Shown here: piece by piece, positions 35,976 through 49,000 of the stretch
Position numbering within the stretch: position 1 is the first letter of the stretch
How the letters are laid out: the number at the start of each line of letters is the position of its first letter
From: Isurus oxyrinchus
Lineage: Eukaryota
Direction of reading: 5' to 3'
DNA length: 57,383 nt
Assembly: GCA_026770705.1 (NCBI GenBank)
Contig: JANJGN010000150.1
Span: forward strand, 1,178,001 to 1,235,383
Program-made: the position numbers and the translations under genes
Notes under the pieces: model-generated
What the model saw: the letters and a program-made list of their open reading frames with translations, nothing else
The model's database searches: none
What the model was told of the DNA's origin: nothing

Positions 35976-37244
35976 ATAAGAAATACAATCAGGCATCAAC
36001 TATTCAGCCCCACAAACCTGCTCTGCCATCCAATAAGATGATGGCTGCTCTGACTGTGGCCTTAATTCTACTTTGCAGGTTATGCAGGTGAATCCCTGCA
36101 TAATCCTCGACTCGCTTGTCGATCAAACTCAGCCATGAGTATATTCAATGACCCAGCCTCCACTGCTCTCTGGGGAAGAGAATTCCGAACTCGAATGACC
36201 CTCTGAGAGAGGAAATTCTTCCTCATCTCTGTCTTAAGAGGCCCCCCAAGTGCTAGATTCTCCCACGAGGGGAAATAATATGCTCTCAGCAATATCCTAT
36301 CAATAGAGGTGGAGAGAGAGGGGGAGAGAGAGAAAAGATGAGAGATGGAGANNNNNNNNNNNNNNNNNNNNNNNNNNNNNNNNNNNNNNNNNNNNNNNNN
36401 NNNNNNNNNNNNNNNNNNNNNNNNNNNNNNNNNNNNNNNNNNNNNNNNNNNNNNNNNNNNNNNNNNNNNNNNNNNNNNNNNNNNNNNNNNNNNNNNNNNN
36501 NNNNNNNNNNNNNNNGACAGGGGGAGAGAGAGAGTCAGGGAGAGAGAGAGAGAGAGACAGGGAGAGAGCGAGAGACAGGTGGAGAGCAAGAGAGTGAGAG
36601 AGACAGGGAGGGAGAGAGAGAGAGACAGGGAGGGAGAGAGAGAGAGAGACAGGAGAGAGAGGCAGGGAGAAAGTGTCAGAGAGAAAGAGAGGCAGGATAA
36701 CGAGAAAGAGATGTTGTACAGAAGGCATGGAGAGGGAAACAGACAGGGAGAGAAAGATGGGCAAAGAGGATATAATAAGCACGGAAGAGAATGTCAAACA
36801 ATCTGACACAACGTGTTGTGAGGACACTGAGAGCTGATTTTTCATGCAGCGGGTTGTGATCTGGAACCGCCTGAAGGGGCGGTGGATGTAGATTTAATCG
36901 CAACTTTCAGATGCACAGAGGGGAATGGGAGCAGGGGCAGAGTCAGGTTACTGGGTAGGGCCGGGGGAAATTGTGGAACGAGAGATGTTTCATTTCCCAT
37001 CCAGGCCAGGGGATCCGAGAGGTCTGTGTCCGTACCCAAGCAATCAAAGAGCTGAGCAAACTCAGCAGAGCCCACACACGCGAGATGTATCCTCCCTCTC
37101 AGTCCGCTTCGGTCTGCGAAAGGTTACTCTGACCCTGCTCCAAAGTGGGAAAGTTGATGGCGAACCAGAACGTTAGGATTTCACATGTCAACAAGTATCA
37201 GGTGCCCCGGTACCAGAAAGACGACTGGAGCCCAGAGAACCAAC

Positions 37245-37379
37245 CTCATCTTTCAGCTGTGCCAGGAACATGGGCAGGAGGTGTTCCACAGTGCCGTCCT
37301 TCCCCAGCATTGGAGACAAACCCATGATGACTGAGGCCAGAGCGGACTTCACATGCTCATTTGCATCCGATACGAGCTC
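37245..37379 (-). CDS. PPP2R1A: PP2A scaffold subunit A, exon 9 ([45 protein letters not shown])
   Basis: 135 nt, aaacAG/GTTGGT. Confidence 0.96.
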
Positions 37380-37431
37380 CTGTTTGAAGCAGAACACAGC
37401 TCGGTGAGCACTCATCTGACGTTTTACACTG

Positions 37432-38492
37432 CAGGTACAGCACGGGGTTAGATACAGAGTAAAGCTCCCTCTGCACTGTCCCCATCAAACACTCCCAGGA
37501 CAGGTACAGCATGGGGTTAGATACGGAATAAAGCTCCCTCTACACCGTCCCCATCAAACACTCCCAGGACAGGTACAGCACGGGGTTAGATACAGAGTAA
37601 AGCTCCCTCTACACTGTCCCCATCAAACACTCCCAGGACAGGTACAGCACAGGGTTAGATACAGAGTAAAGCTCCCTCTACACTGTCCCCATCAAACACT
37701 CCCAGGACAGGTATAGCACGGGGTTAGATACAGTGTAAAGCTCCCTCTACACTATCCCCATCAAACACTCCCAGGACAGGTACAGCACGGGGTAAGATAC
37801 AGAGTAAAGCTCCCTCTACACTGTCCCCATCAAACACTCCCAGGACAGGTACAACACGGGGTAAGATACAGAGTAAAGCTCCCTCTACACTGTCCCCATC
37901 AAACACTCCCAGGACAGGTGCAGAACAAGGTTAGATGCAGAGCAAAGCTCCCTCTACACCGTCCCCATCAAACACTCCCAGGACAGGTACAGCACGGGGT
38001 AAGATACAGAGTAAAGCTCCCTCTACACCGTCCCCATCAAACACTCCCAGCACAGGTACAGTACGAGGTTAGATACAGAGTAAATCTCCCTCTACACCGT
38101 CCCCATCAAACACTCCCAGGACAGGTACAGCACTGGGTTAGATACAGAGTAAAGCTCCCTCTACACCGTCCCCATCAAACACTCCCAAGACAGGTACAGT
38201 ACGGGGTTAGATACAGAGTAAATCTCCCTCTACACCGTCCCCATCAAACACTCCCAGGACAGGTACAGCACGGGGTTAGATACAGTGTAAAGCTCCCTCT
38301 ACACCGTCCCCATCAAACACTCCCAGGACAGGTACAGCACGGGGTTAGATACAGAGTAAAGCTGCCTCTACAGTGTCCCCATCAAACACTCCCAGGACAG
38401 GTACAGTACGGGGTTAGATACAGAGTAAATCTCCCTCTACACCATCCCCATCAAACACTCCCAGGACAGGTACAGCATGGGGTTGGATACAC
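37432..38492. repeat. 69-bp minisatellite (ACAGGTACAGCACGGGGTTAGATACAGAGTAAAGCTCCCTCTACACTGTCCCCATCAAACACTCCCAGG), about 15 copies; about 3 more at 39257-39462
   Basis: Tandem repeat filling most of intron 8; explains the 23-aa repeat ORF. Confidence 0.95.
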
Positions 38493-38590
38493 CTTGAGTG
38501 TTGTACAAGGGAAAGATGGATATGGCTGTGGGAAAAGGGCAGAGGTTTGGTCAGGGGAAGTGAGGGCTGGGTTCGGTTGGGAGAGCTCAC

Positions 38591-38661
38591 CTTAATGGAG
38601 GGTAGGATTTGCGTCAGGATGATCTGCTGCCGCCCGTCAGTGGGCAGGTTCTCACAGAAAT
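38591..38661 (-). CDS. PPP2R1A: PP2A scaffold subunit A, exon 8 (DFCENLPTDGRQQIILTQILPSIK)
   Basis: 71 nt, tttctttcAG/GTGAGC. Confidence 0.93.
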
Positions 38662-38729
38662 CTGAAAGAAACAAAGATTCACTGAAGAACTCACAATTCT
38701 TATCCCAATATCCTTGAACATTTCAGGGT

Positions 38730-41670
38730 GCACTCACATTACAACGAAAACTAACTGAATGGATTGCGAGAAAACACAGACAGATTTGACGATAGACAGG
38801 CAATGGCTGGTATTTAAAGGAATATAATAACGGTCTACAACAGATATACATTCCTCTAAGACCCAAGCAGCCAAAGGGAAAGGTAAATCCATCGTGGTTA
38901 ACAAAAGGAGTTAAAAACTGCATTAAATCAGAGGAAATGGTTGGTAAGATTGATAGAAAAGGTAGTGAGACTGAGGATTGGGAGCAATTTAGAACGCAGC
39001 AAAGGAGGACCAAGGAACTGATAGAGACAGGGAAAAGGGAATATGAATATAAACTAGTGAGGAAGATGGCGATGGCCCAGTGGTATTGTCACTGGATTAG
39101 TGATCCTGAGACTCAGGGTAATGCTCTGGGGGCCTGGGTTCAAATCGCAGATGGTGAAATTTGAATTCAATAAACATCTGGAATTGCTGATTGTCGTAAA
39201 GACTCATCTAGTTCACTAATGCCCTTTAAGGAAGGAAATCTGCTGTCCTTACACACAAAGCAAAGCTCCCTCTGCACCGTCCCCATCAAACGCTCCCTGG
39301 ACAGGTACAGTACGGGATTAGATACAGAGTAAAGCTCCCTCTACACTGACCCCATCAAACACTCCCAGGACAGGTACAGCACGGGGTTAGATACAGAGTA
39401 AAGCTCCCTCTACACCGTCCCCATCAAACACTCCCAGGACAGGTACAGCACGGGGTTAGATATAGCAATATGGTTGACTTCTTTTAAATGGCCTAGGAAG
39501 CCATTCAGTTAGGGATGGGCAATAAATGCTGAGCCAGCGATGCACAGGTCCCCTGAAGGAATTTAAAAAAATAAAGGCAGACTGTAAAAGCTTCTTTAGG
39601 TAGGTGAGAAGGAAAAGGTTAGCGGGAACAAGTGTGGGTCCATTACAGGTGGAGACAGGAGAATTTTAATGGAGAACAGGGAAATGGCGGAGAAGCTAAA
39701 AAATTACTTTGCATCTGTCTTCCCGGAGGAAGATACAGGGAAACTCCCAGGAATATTATGTGACCGAGGGACTTGTGAAACTGAGGAACTAGAAGAAATG
39801 GGTATTAGTGCAGAGGTAGTGCTTGAAAAATTAACTGGACTGAAGATTTGTCAAATCCCCTGTATCTGACGAGCTTCATCCCAGAGTGATGGAGGAGGTG
39901 GCTGGAGAGATGGTGGATACATCGGTGGTTATCGTTCAAAATTCAGAACGTTCTGGAAAGATTCCTGCAGACTGGAAAGTAGCAAATGTAACCCCACTAT
40001 TTCAGGAGGGAGGGAGAGGGAGAATGGAGAACAACAGACCTGTTAGTCTGATGTCAGTAGCAGGGAAAATGTTGGAATCTATTATTAAGGTCATTTAGAA
40101 AAGAATGGTAAAATTGGGCAGAGTCAGCATGGATTTCCGAAAGGGAAATTATGTTTGACAAACTTCTTGGAGTTTTCTGAGGATGTCACTTGCGGCATGG
40201 GTAAGGAGAACCAGTGGATGTGGTGTATTTGGATTTTCAGGAAGTTTTTCATAAAAGGTCCCACACAGGAGGTTAGCGAACAAAATTAGAGCACATGGGA
40301 TTGGGGGTAATACCAAGGCTCCTTTGACAGCACCTTCCAAACCCACGGCCTCTACCATCTAGAAGGAAAAGGGCAGCAGATAGATGGGAACACCACCACC
40401 TGGAAGTTCCTCTCCAAGCCACTCACCATCCTGATTTGGGAATATATCGGCTGTTCCTTCACTGTCACTGGGTCAAAATCCCGGCACTCCCTCCCTAACA
40501 GCTACACCACATGGGCCGCAGCGGTTCAAGAAGGCAGCTCACCACCCCCTTCTCAAGGGGCAATTAGGGAAGGACGATAAATGCTGGGCCCAGCCAGCGA
40601 AGCCCATATCCCGTGAATGAATAAAAAGAAGTATCCTGGTATGGAGGGAGAATTGGTTAGCAAGCAGAGAGTAGGAACCAACGGATGATTTTCAGGATGG
40701 CGGGCTGTTATTACTGGGGAACCACAAGGATCCATGCTAGGCCCAGAGCTGTTCACAATCTATGTTAATGATTTGGATGTGGAGACCAATTGTAATCTTT
40801 CCAAATTTGCTGGTGACACCAAAGTGGGCGGGAATGCAAGTTGCGAGGAGGATGCAGGGAGGCTTCAAGGGGATTTTGGACAAGCTAAGTGAAAGGGCAA
40901 GAACATGGCAGATGGAATATAATGTGACTTAGTGTAAAGTTAAAAAAAAACCTGAAAGGCAGAGTATTCCCATCATGACAAGAGGTTGGGAAGTGCAGGT
41001 GTCCAAAGGGACCTGGGAGTCCTTGTTCATGAGTCACTAAGGGTTAGCATATGGGTATGTTGGCCTTCATTGCGAGGGGATTTGAGTACCGGAGTAAAGA
41101 TGATGCCTTGCTGCAATTATATAGAGCCTTGGTGAGATCCCATCTGGAGTATTGTGAACAGTGTTGGTCCCCTTATCTAAGGAGGGGGTGCATTTGCCAC
41201 AGAGGGAGTGTAACAGACGCGTACCAGATTAATCCGTGGATGGGGGTATTCTCTTCTGAAGGGAGATTGAGGAGACTGGGCCTGTATTCCCCAGAGTTTC
41301 TAAGAGTGAGGGGTGACCTCATTGAAACTTACAAGGTTCTGACAGGATGTGACAGAGTGGATGTAGATAGGATGATTCCCCTGGCTGGTGAGTCTAAAAC
41401 CAGGGAACACAGTTTCAGAATAAGGGTAGGCCATTTAAGACTGAGGTGAGGAAGAATTTCTTCACTCACAGGGTGGTGGATGTTTGGAATTCCCTGCCCC
41501 ATTGAGCATCTTCAAGACAGAGATCAATAGGTTTCTGGAGACCAATGACATCAAGGGATACGGGGATAGCACAGAAAAGTGGTGGTGAGGTAGATGATCA
41601 GCCATGATCTAGTTGGACGGTGGAGCAGGCTTGATGGGCCGAATGGCCTACTCCTCATCTTATGTTGCTA
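38730..41670 (+). mobile_element. Long decayed CR1 LINE with nested inserts (SINE 39070-39560; second-family LINE tail 40312-40625)
   Basis: IPADWKVANVTPLF, NNRPVSLMSVAGKMLESII, LYRALVRSHLEYCEQCWSPY, LRGDLIETYK; 3' end near 41620-41665. Confidence 0.9.
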
Positions 41671-41676
41671 TGCTGC

Positions 41677-42570
41677 CAGTGCGAGTACTGAGGGAGTGCT
41701 ACACTGTCGGAGGGTCAGTACTGAGGGAGTGCTGCACTGTCAGAGGGTCAGTTCTCAGGGAGTACTACACTGTCGGAGGGTCAGTGCGGAGGGAGTGCTG
41801 AAAGTTGGACGGTCAGTACTGAGGGAGTCCTGCATAGTCGAAGGGTCAGTACTGAGAGAGTGTTGCACTGTCAGAGGGTCAGTACTGAGGGAGTGCTGCA
41901 CTGTCGGAGGGTCAGTATTGAGGGAGTGCTGCACAGTCGAAGGGTCAGTACTGAGGGAGTGCTGCACTGTCATAGGGTCAGTACTGAGGGAGTGCTGCAC
42001 TGTCGGAGGGTCAGTATTGAGGGAGTGCTGCACTGTCGGAGGGTCAGTACTGAGGGAGTGCTGCACTGTTGGAAGGTCAGTACTGAGCGAGTGCTGCACC
42101 GTCAGAGGGTCAGTATTGAGGGAGTGCTGCACTGTCGGAGGGTCAGTACTGAGGGAGTGCTGCACTGTTGGAAGGTCAGTACTGAGCGAGTGCTGCACCG
42201 TCAGAGGGTCAGTACTTAGGGAACACTGCACTATCAGAGGGTCATTACTGAGGAAGGCCTGCACAGTCGAAGGGTTAGTACTGATCGAGCACTGCGCTGT
42301 CGGAAGTGCTGTCTTTCAGACGAGTCATTAAACCGAGGCTCGACCTGCCCTCTCTGGTATGTGCAACACATCCACGGCCACCATGAGAGGGGCTTCCCCT
42401 GGTGGCCACAGAGCAACGTTTCTCCCCCAAACAACATGATGGAAAACAGATGGTCTGGGCCACTGTCACGTCACTGTTTTGTGGGATCTTGCTGTGCGCG
42501 TCGTTGGAGCCGCGTTTCCTACATCACAACGGTGACTCTGCTTCAAAAAAAAAAACTCCGCCGTCGGCTT
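41677..42570 (+). mobile_element. 33-bp array (41677-42303) continuing into a Deu-domain SINE body
   Basis: Units run into ctgtcggaagtgctgtctttcagacgag...aaaccgaggc...gtgggatcttgctgtgcgc. Confidence 0.85.
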
Positions 42571-42625
42571 CGGAGACGGCGGGGCCGAGCTCTTTCTGCG
42601 CGGTGAACTTAGCGCAAGCGCTGAC

Positions 42626-42740
42626 CTTTGACCTTGTTGGCAGCTGACGCCCGGACTTCCGCTTCGCAGTCTTTCATGAGGTTCTGGAAGGCTGGTACCA
42701 GGTCCTTCTTGGTAATCTCGGGCCCGATGGCTTTCTGCAA
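42626..42740 (-). CDS. PPP2R1A: PP2A scaffold subunit A, exon 7 ([38 protein letters not shown])
   Basis: 115 nt, gcAG/GTCAGC; translated by hand. Confidence 0.96.
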
Positions 42741-42994
42741 CTGCCCAGCACAACACACGCACGTGGGCAGGTGGAAGAGCAAAGGAGAAAAGCGAATAAG
42801 AAGCCATTAAAGCTCGGCGCAAACATCGCCTGGGATCCCCAACGGAGCAGAGGGGGCTAAATTACCAGCACCGGTCACGTCGGCCGGGCTTGCACTCCCC
42901 ACGTGAGACCTCACCCGGAGTCACCGGGGTTCAGTCCTGGGATATATTGCCCTCGGAGGGGGCTGCGGCCCAGAGTCACCACAACGATCCCGGG

Positions 42995-43835
42995 GGCTGA
43001 AAGGGTTAAATCCCGAGGACAGGTTGCACAGACCAGGCTTGTGTTCCCTCGAGTCTCGAAGATTAAGGGGTGATCTGATCGAGGGGTTTAACATGATTAA
43101 AGGATTCGATGGGATCGATAGAGAGAAACNNNNNNNNNNNNNNNNNNNNNNNNNNNNNNNNNNNNNNNNNNNNNNNNNNNNNNNNNNNNNNNNNNNNNNN
43201 NNNNNNNNNNNNNNNNNNNNNNNNNNNNNNNNNNNNNNNNNNNNNNNNNNNNNNNNNNNNNNNNNNNNNNNNNNNNNNNNNNNNNNNNNNNNNNNNNNNN
43301 NNNNNNNNNNNNNNNNNNNNNNNNNNNNNNNNNNNNNNNNNNNNNNNNNNNNNNNNNNNNNNNNNNNNNNNNNNNNNNNNNNNNNNNNNNNNNNNNNNNN
43401 NNNNNNNNNNNNNNNNNNNNNNNNNNNNNNNNNNNNNNNNNNNNNNNNNNNNNNNNNNNNNNNNNNNNNNNNNNNNNNNNNNNNNNNNNNNNNNNNNNNN
43501 NNNNNNNNNNNNNNNNNNNNNNNNNNNNNNNNNNNNNNNNNNNNNNNNNNNNNNNNNNNNNNNNNNNNCCAGAACAAGGGAGCAGAACATTAACATTGGA
43601 GCCAGGCCGTTCAGGGGGTGATGTCAGGAAGCACTTCTTCACACAAAGGGGCGGGGTGGAAATCTGGAACTCTCTCCCCCAGAAAAAGCTGTCGAGGCTG
43701 GGAGGGGTCAATTGGAAATTTCAAAACTGAGATTTAGAGATTTTTGTTGGGTCGGGGGGTTAAGGTTTAAGGAACTGAGTCAGTAGATGGGGTTAAGATA
43801 CAGATGGAGATCTGATTGAATGATGGAAGAGGATC
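42995..43835 (+). mobile_element. CR1 3' fragment interrupted by an N gap (43130-43568)
   Basis: SLESRRLRGDLIEGFNMIKGFD and CR1 3' UTR motifs. Confidence 0.8.
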
Positions 43836-45630
43836 AAAGGCCCGAATGTGCCTTCTCCTGTTCCTGTGTAACAGGCTCAAGGGGCTGAATGGGCCTTCTC
43901 CAGTTCCTGAGTAACAGACTCGAGGGGCTGAATGGGCCTTCTCCAGTTCCTGTGTAACAGGCTCGAGGGGCTGAATGGGCCTTCTCCAGTTCCTGTGTAA
44001 CAGGCTCGAGGGGGCTGAATGGGCCTCTTCCTGTTCCAATGTAACAGGCTCGAGGGGTCTGAATGGACCTCCTCCTGTTTCTGTGTAACAGGCTCAAGCA
44101 GGGGCTGAATGGGCCTCCTCCTGTTCCTGTGTAACAGGCTCAAGGGGAATGAATGGGCCTCCTCCTGTTCCTGTGTAGCAGGCTCGAGGGATCTGATTGG
44201 GCCTCCTCCTATTCCTCTGTAACAGGCTCGAGGGAGCTGAATGGGCCTCCTCCTCTTCCTGTGTACCAGGCTCGAGGGGTCTGAATGGGCCTCCTCCTGC
44301 TCCTGTGTAACAGGCTCGAAAGGTCTGAATGGGCCTCCTCCTGCTCCTGTGTAACAGGCTCGAGAGGTCTGAATGGGCCTCCTCCTGTTCCTGTGTAACA
44401 GGCTCGAGGAGTCTGAATGGGCCTCCTCCTGTTCCTGTGTAACAGGCTCGAGGGGTCTGAATGGGCCTCCTCCTGTTCCTGTGTAACAGGCTCGAGGGGT
44501 CTGAATGGGCCTCCTCCTGTTCCTGTGTAACAGGCTCATGGGGTCTGAATGGGCCTCCTCCTGTTCCTGTGTAACATATGCAAGGAGATGAATTAGGCTC
44601 CTCCAGTTCCTGTGTACCAGGCTCGAGGGGGCTGAATGGGCCTCCTCCTGTTCCTGTGTAACAGGCTCAAGGGGTCTGAATGGGCCTCCTCCAGTTCCAG
44701 TACAACATAATCGAGGGGTCTGAATGGGCCTCCTCCTGTTCCTGTGTAACAGGCTCGAGGGATCTGATTGGGCCTCCTCCTGTTCCTGTGTTACAGGCTC
44801 GTGGGGTCTGAATGGGCCTCCTCCAGTTCCAGTACAACATAATCGAGGGGTCTGAATGGGCCTCCTCCTGTTCCTGTGTAACAGGCTCGAGGGATCTGAT
44901 TGGGCCTCCTCCTGTTTCTGTGTTACAGGCTCGAGGGGGCTGAATGTGCCTCCTCCTGTTCCTGTGTAACAGGCTCGAGGGGCTGAAAGGACCTCCTCCT
45001 GTTCCTGTGTAACAGACTCGAGAGGCTGAATGGGCCTCCTCCTGTTCCTGTGTAACAGGCTCGAGAGGCTGAATGGGCCTCCTCCTGTTCCTGTGTTACA
45101 GGCTCGAGGGGGCTGAATGTGCCTCCTCCTGTTCCTGTGTAACAGGCTCGAGGGGCTGAAAGGACCTCCTCCTGTTCCTGTGTAACAGACTCGAGAGGCT
45201 GAATGGGCCTCCTCCTGTTCCTGTGTAACAGACTCGAGAGGCTGAATGGGCCTCCTCCTGTTCCTGTATAACAGACTCGAGGGGGCTGAATGGGCCTCCT
45301 CCTGTTCCTGTGTAACAGGCTCGAGGGGGTTGAATGGGCCTCCTCCTGTTCCTGTGTAACAGGCTCGAGGTGGCTGAATGGGCCTCCTCCTATTCCTGTG
45401 TAACAGACTCGAGAGGCTGAATGGGCCTCCTCCTGTTCCTGTGTAACAGGCTCGAGGTGGCTGAATGGGCCTCCTCCTGTTCCTGTGTAACAGACTCGAG
45501 AGGCTGAATGGGCCTCCTCCTGTTCCTGTGTAACAGGCTCGAGGGGACTGAATGGGCCTCCTCCTGTTCCTGTGTAACAGACTCGAGAGGCTGAATGGGC
45601 CTCCTCCTGTTCCTGTATAAGAGGCTCGAG
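43835..45630. repeat. ~43-bp minisatellite forming the tail of the CR1 element, about 41 copies
   Basis: TGTGTAACAGGCTCGAGGGGCTGAATGGGCCTCCTCCTGTTCC units start where the CR1 3' terminus is expected. Confidence 0.95.
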
Positions 45631-45879
45631 GAATTGATATTTTAAGAGGAGAAGCGGCAATCGCCCAAAAGGGACAGGGACTTGTTCAGTTTCAGGTAAA
45701 AAGCACCTTGGGCCAAATACACAGCTTTGTGGGCCGCCTCAAAGCCCGGACAGTTCTCCTTCAAGCAGACGGGGAAGTTTGACAGCAGCGTTCAAAATCC
45801 TGAAGGGGACAACTGGGAACAAAAGCTTTTCCCTTGCGCGGGGCCGACGCGACTCATTCCTCCCGCCTGGCCGGCTTAC

Positions 45880-46035
45880 CTCGGTGAACTTGTCCGCCAC
45901 CATGTAGCGCACACGCCACGACTTGTCCTCCACCGCCTGGCGCAGAGTGGGCATAACCAGGTTCTCCACCTCCTCGCGCTTCAGGAGCTGGGCGATGCTC
46001 ACGCAGGCTTCCACAGCCAGCAGCCGCACAGAGTC
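45880..46035 (-). CDS. PPP2R1A: PP2A scaffold subunit A, exon 6 ([52 protein letters not shown])
   Basis: 156 nt, ttgcAG/GTAAGC, conserved [11 protein letters not shown]. Confidence 0.96.
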
Positions 46036-46086
46036 CTGCAAGAGCCGTGCAGTCAGTCAGCGAGAGGAACCCGGGAGCAGCAGTCT

Positions 46087-49000
46087 CCATCGAGCTATCC
46101 CACCATCGAGCAATCCCACCATCGAGCTATCCCACCATCGAGCCATCCCACCATCGAACTATCCCACCATCGAACTATCCCACCATCGAGCTATCCCACC
46201 ATCGAGCTATCCCACCATCGAACAATCCCACCATCGAACTATCCCACCATCGAGCAATCCCACCATCGAGCTCTCCCACCATCGAGCTCCCCCACCATAG
46301 AGCTATCCCATCGAACAATCCCACCACCGAGCTCTCCCACCACCGAGCTCTCCCACCATCGAGCAATCCCACCATCGAGCCCTCCCACCATCGAGCTCTC
46401 CCACCACCGAGCTCTCCCACCATCGAACAATACCATCGAGCAATCCCACCATCGAGCTATCCCACCATCGAACAATCCCACCATCGAGCTATCCAACCAT
46501 CGAGCTCTCCCACCATCGAGCTATCCCACCACCGAGCTCTCCCACCATCGAGCTATCCCATCGAACAATCCCACCACCGAGCTCTCCCACCACCGAGCTC
46601 TCCCACCATCGAGCAATCCCACCATCGAGCCATCCCACCATCGAGCTATCCCACCATCGAGCCATCCCACGATCGAACTATCCCACCATCGAGCTCTCCC
46701 ACCATCGAGCTATCCCACCATCGAGCTATCCCACCATCGAGCTATCCCACCATCGAACTATCCCACCATCGAGCTCTCCCACCATCGAGCTATCCCATCG
46801 AACAATCCCACCATCGAGCTCTCCCACCATCGAGCTCTCCCACCATCGAGCTCTCCCACCATCGAGCAATCCCACCATCGAACTATCCCACCATCGAACT
46901 ATCCCACCATCGAACTATCCCACCATCGAACTATCCCACCATCGAGCCCTCCCACCATCGAGCCCTCCCACCATCGAACTATCCCACCATCGAGCCCTCC
47001 CACCATCGAGCCATCCCACCATCGAACTATCCCACCATCGAGCAATCCCACCATCGAGCTATCCCACCATCGAGCTATCCCACCATCGAGCTATCCCACC
47101 ATCGAACTATCCCACCATCGAACTATCCCACCATCGAGCTATCCCACCATCGAGCAATCCCACCATCGAACTATCCCACCATCGAACTATCCCACCATCG
47201 AGCTCTCCCACCATCGAACTATCCCACCATCGAACTATCCCACCATCGAGCTCTCCCACCATCGAGCTATCCCATCGAACTATCCCACCACCGAGCTCTC
47301 CCACCATCGAGCTTTCCCACCATCGAGCAATCCCACCATCGAACTATCCCACCATCGAGCCCTCCCACCATCGAGCTATCCCACCATCGAACTATCCCAC
47401 CATCGAGCCCTCCCACCATCGAACTATCGCACCATCGAACTATCCCACCATCGAGCTCTCCGACCATCGAGCTATCCCACCATCGAGCTATCACACCATC
47501 GAGCTCTCCCACCATCGAGCTATTCCACCATCGAGCTCTCCCACCATCGAACTATCCCACCATCGAGCTCTCCCACCATCGAGCTCTCCCACCATCGAGC
47601 TCTCCCACCATCGAGCTCTTTCACCATCGAACTATCCCATCGAACTATCCCACCATCGAGCTCTCCCACCATCGAACTATCCCACCATCGAACTATCCAC
47701 CATCGAGCTCTCCCACCATCGAGCTATCCCATCATCGAACTATCCCACCATCGAGCTCTCCCACCATCGAGCTCTCCCACCATCGAGCTCTTTCACCATC
47801 GACCTATCCCATCGAACTATCCCACCATCGAGCTCTCCCACCATCGAACTATCCCACCATCGAACTATCCCATCATCGAGCTCTCCCACCATCGAGCAAT
47901 CCCACCATCGAGCTCTCCCACCATCGAGCTATCCCATCGAACAATCCCACCACCGAGCTCTCCCACCACCGAGCTCTCCCACCATCGAGCAATCCCACCA
48001 TCGAGCCCTCCCACCATCGAGCTCTCCCACCACCGAGCTCTCCCACCATCGAACAATACCATCGAGCAATCCCACCATCGAGCTATCCCACCATCGAACA
48101 ATCCCACCATCGAGCTATCCAACCATCGAGCTCTCCCACCATCGAGCTATCCCACCACCGAGCTCTCCCACCATCGAGCTCTCCCACCATCGATCTATCC
48201 CATCGAACTATCCCACCACCGAGCTCTCCCACCACCGAGCTCTCCCACCATCGAGCAATCCCACCATCGAACTATCCCACCATCGAGCCCTCCCACCATC
48301 GAGCTATCCCACCATCGAACTATCCCACCGTCGAGCCCTCCCACCATCGAACTATCGCACCATCGAACTATCCCACCATCGAGCTCTCCCACCATCGAGC
48401 TATCCCACCATCGAGCTATCACACCATCGAGCTCTCCCACCATCGAGCTATTCCACCATCGAGCTCTCCCACCATCGAACTATCCCATCATCGAACTATC
48501 CCACCATCGAGCTCTCCCACCATCGAGCTCTCCCACCATCGAGCTCTTTCAACATCGAACTATCCCATCGAACTATCCCACCATCGAGCTCTCCCACCAT
48601 CGAACTATCCCACCATCGAACTATCCCACCATCGAGCTCTCCCACCATCGAGCTATCCCATCATCGAACTATCCCACCATCGAGCTCTCCCACCATCGAG
48701 CTCTTTCACCATCGAACTATCCCATCGAACTATCCCACCATCGAGCTCTCCCACCATCGAACTATCCCACCATCGAACTATCCCACCATCGAGCTCTCCC
48801 ACCATCGAGCTCTCCCACCATCGAGCAATCCCACCATCGAACTATCCCACCATCGAACTATCCCACCATCGAATGATCCCACCATCGAGCCCTCCCACCA
48901 TCGAGCCCTCCCACCATCGAACTATCCCACCATCGAGCCCTCCCACCATCGAGCCATCCCACCATCAAACTATCCCACCATCGAGCAATCCCACCATCGA

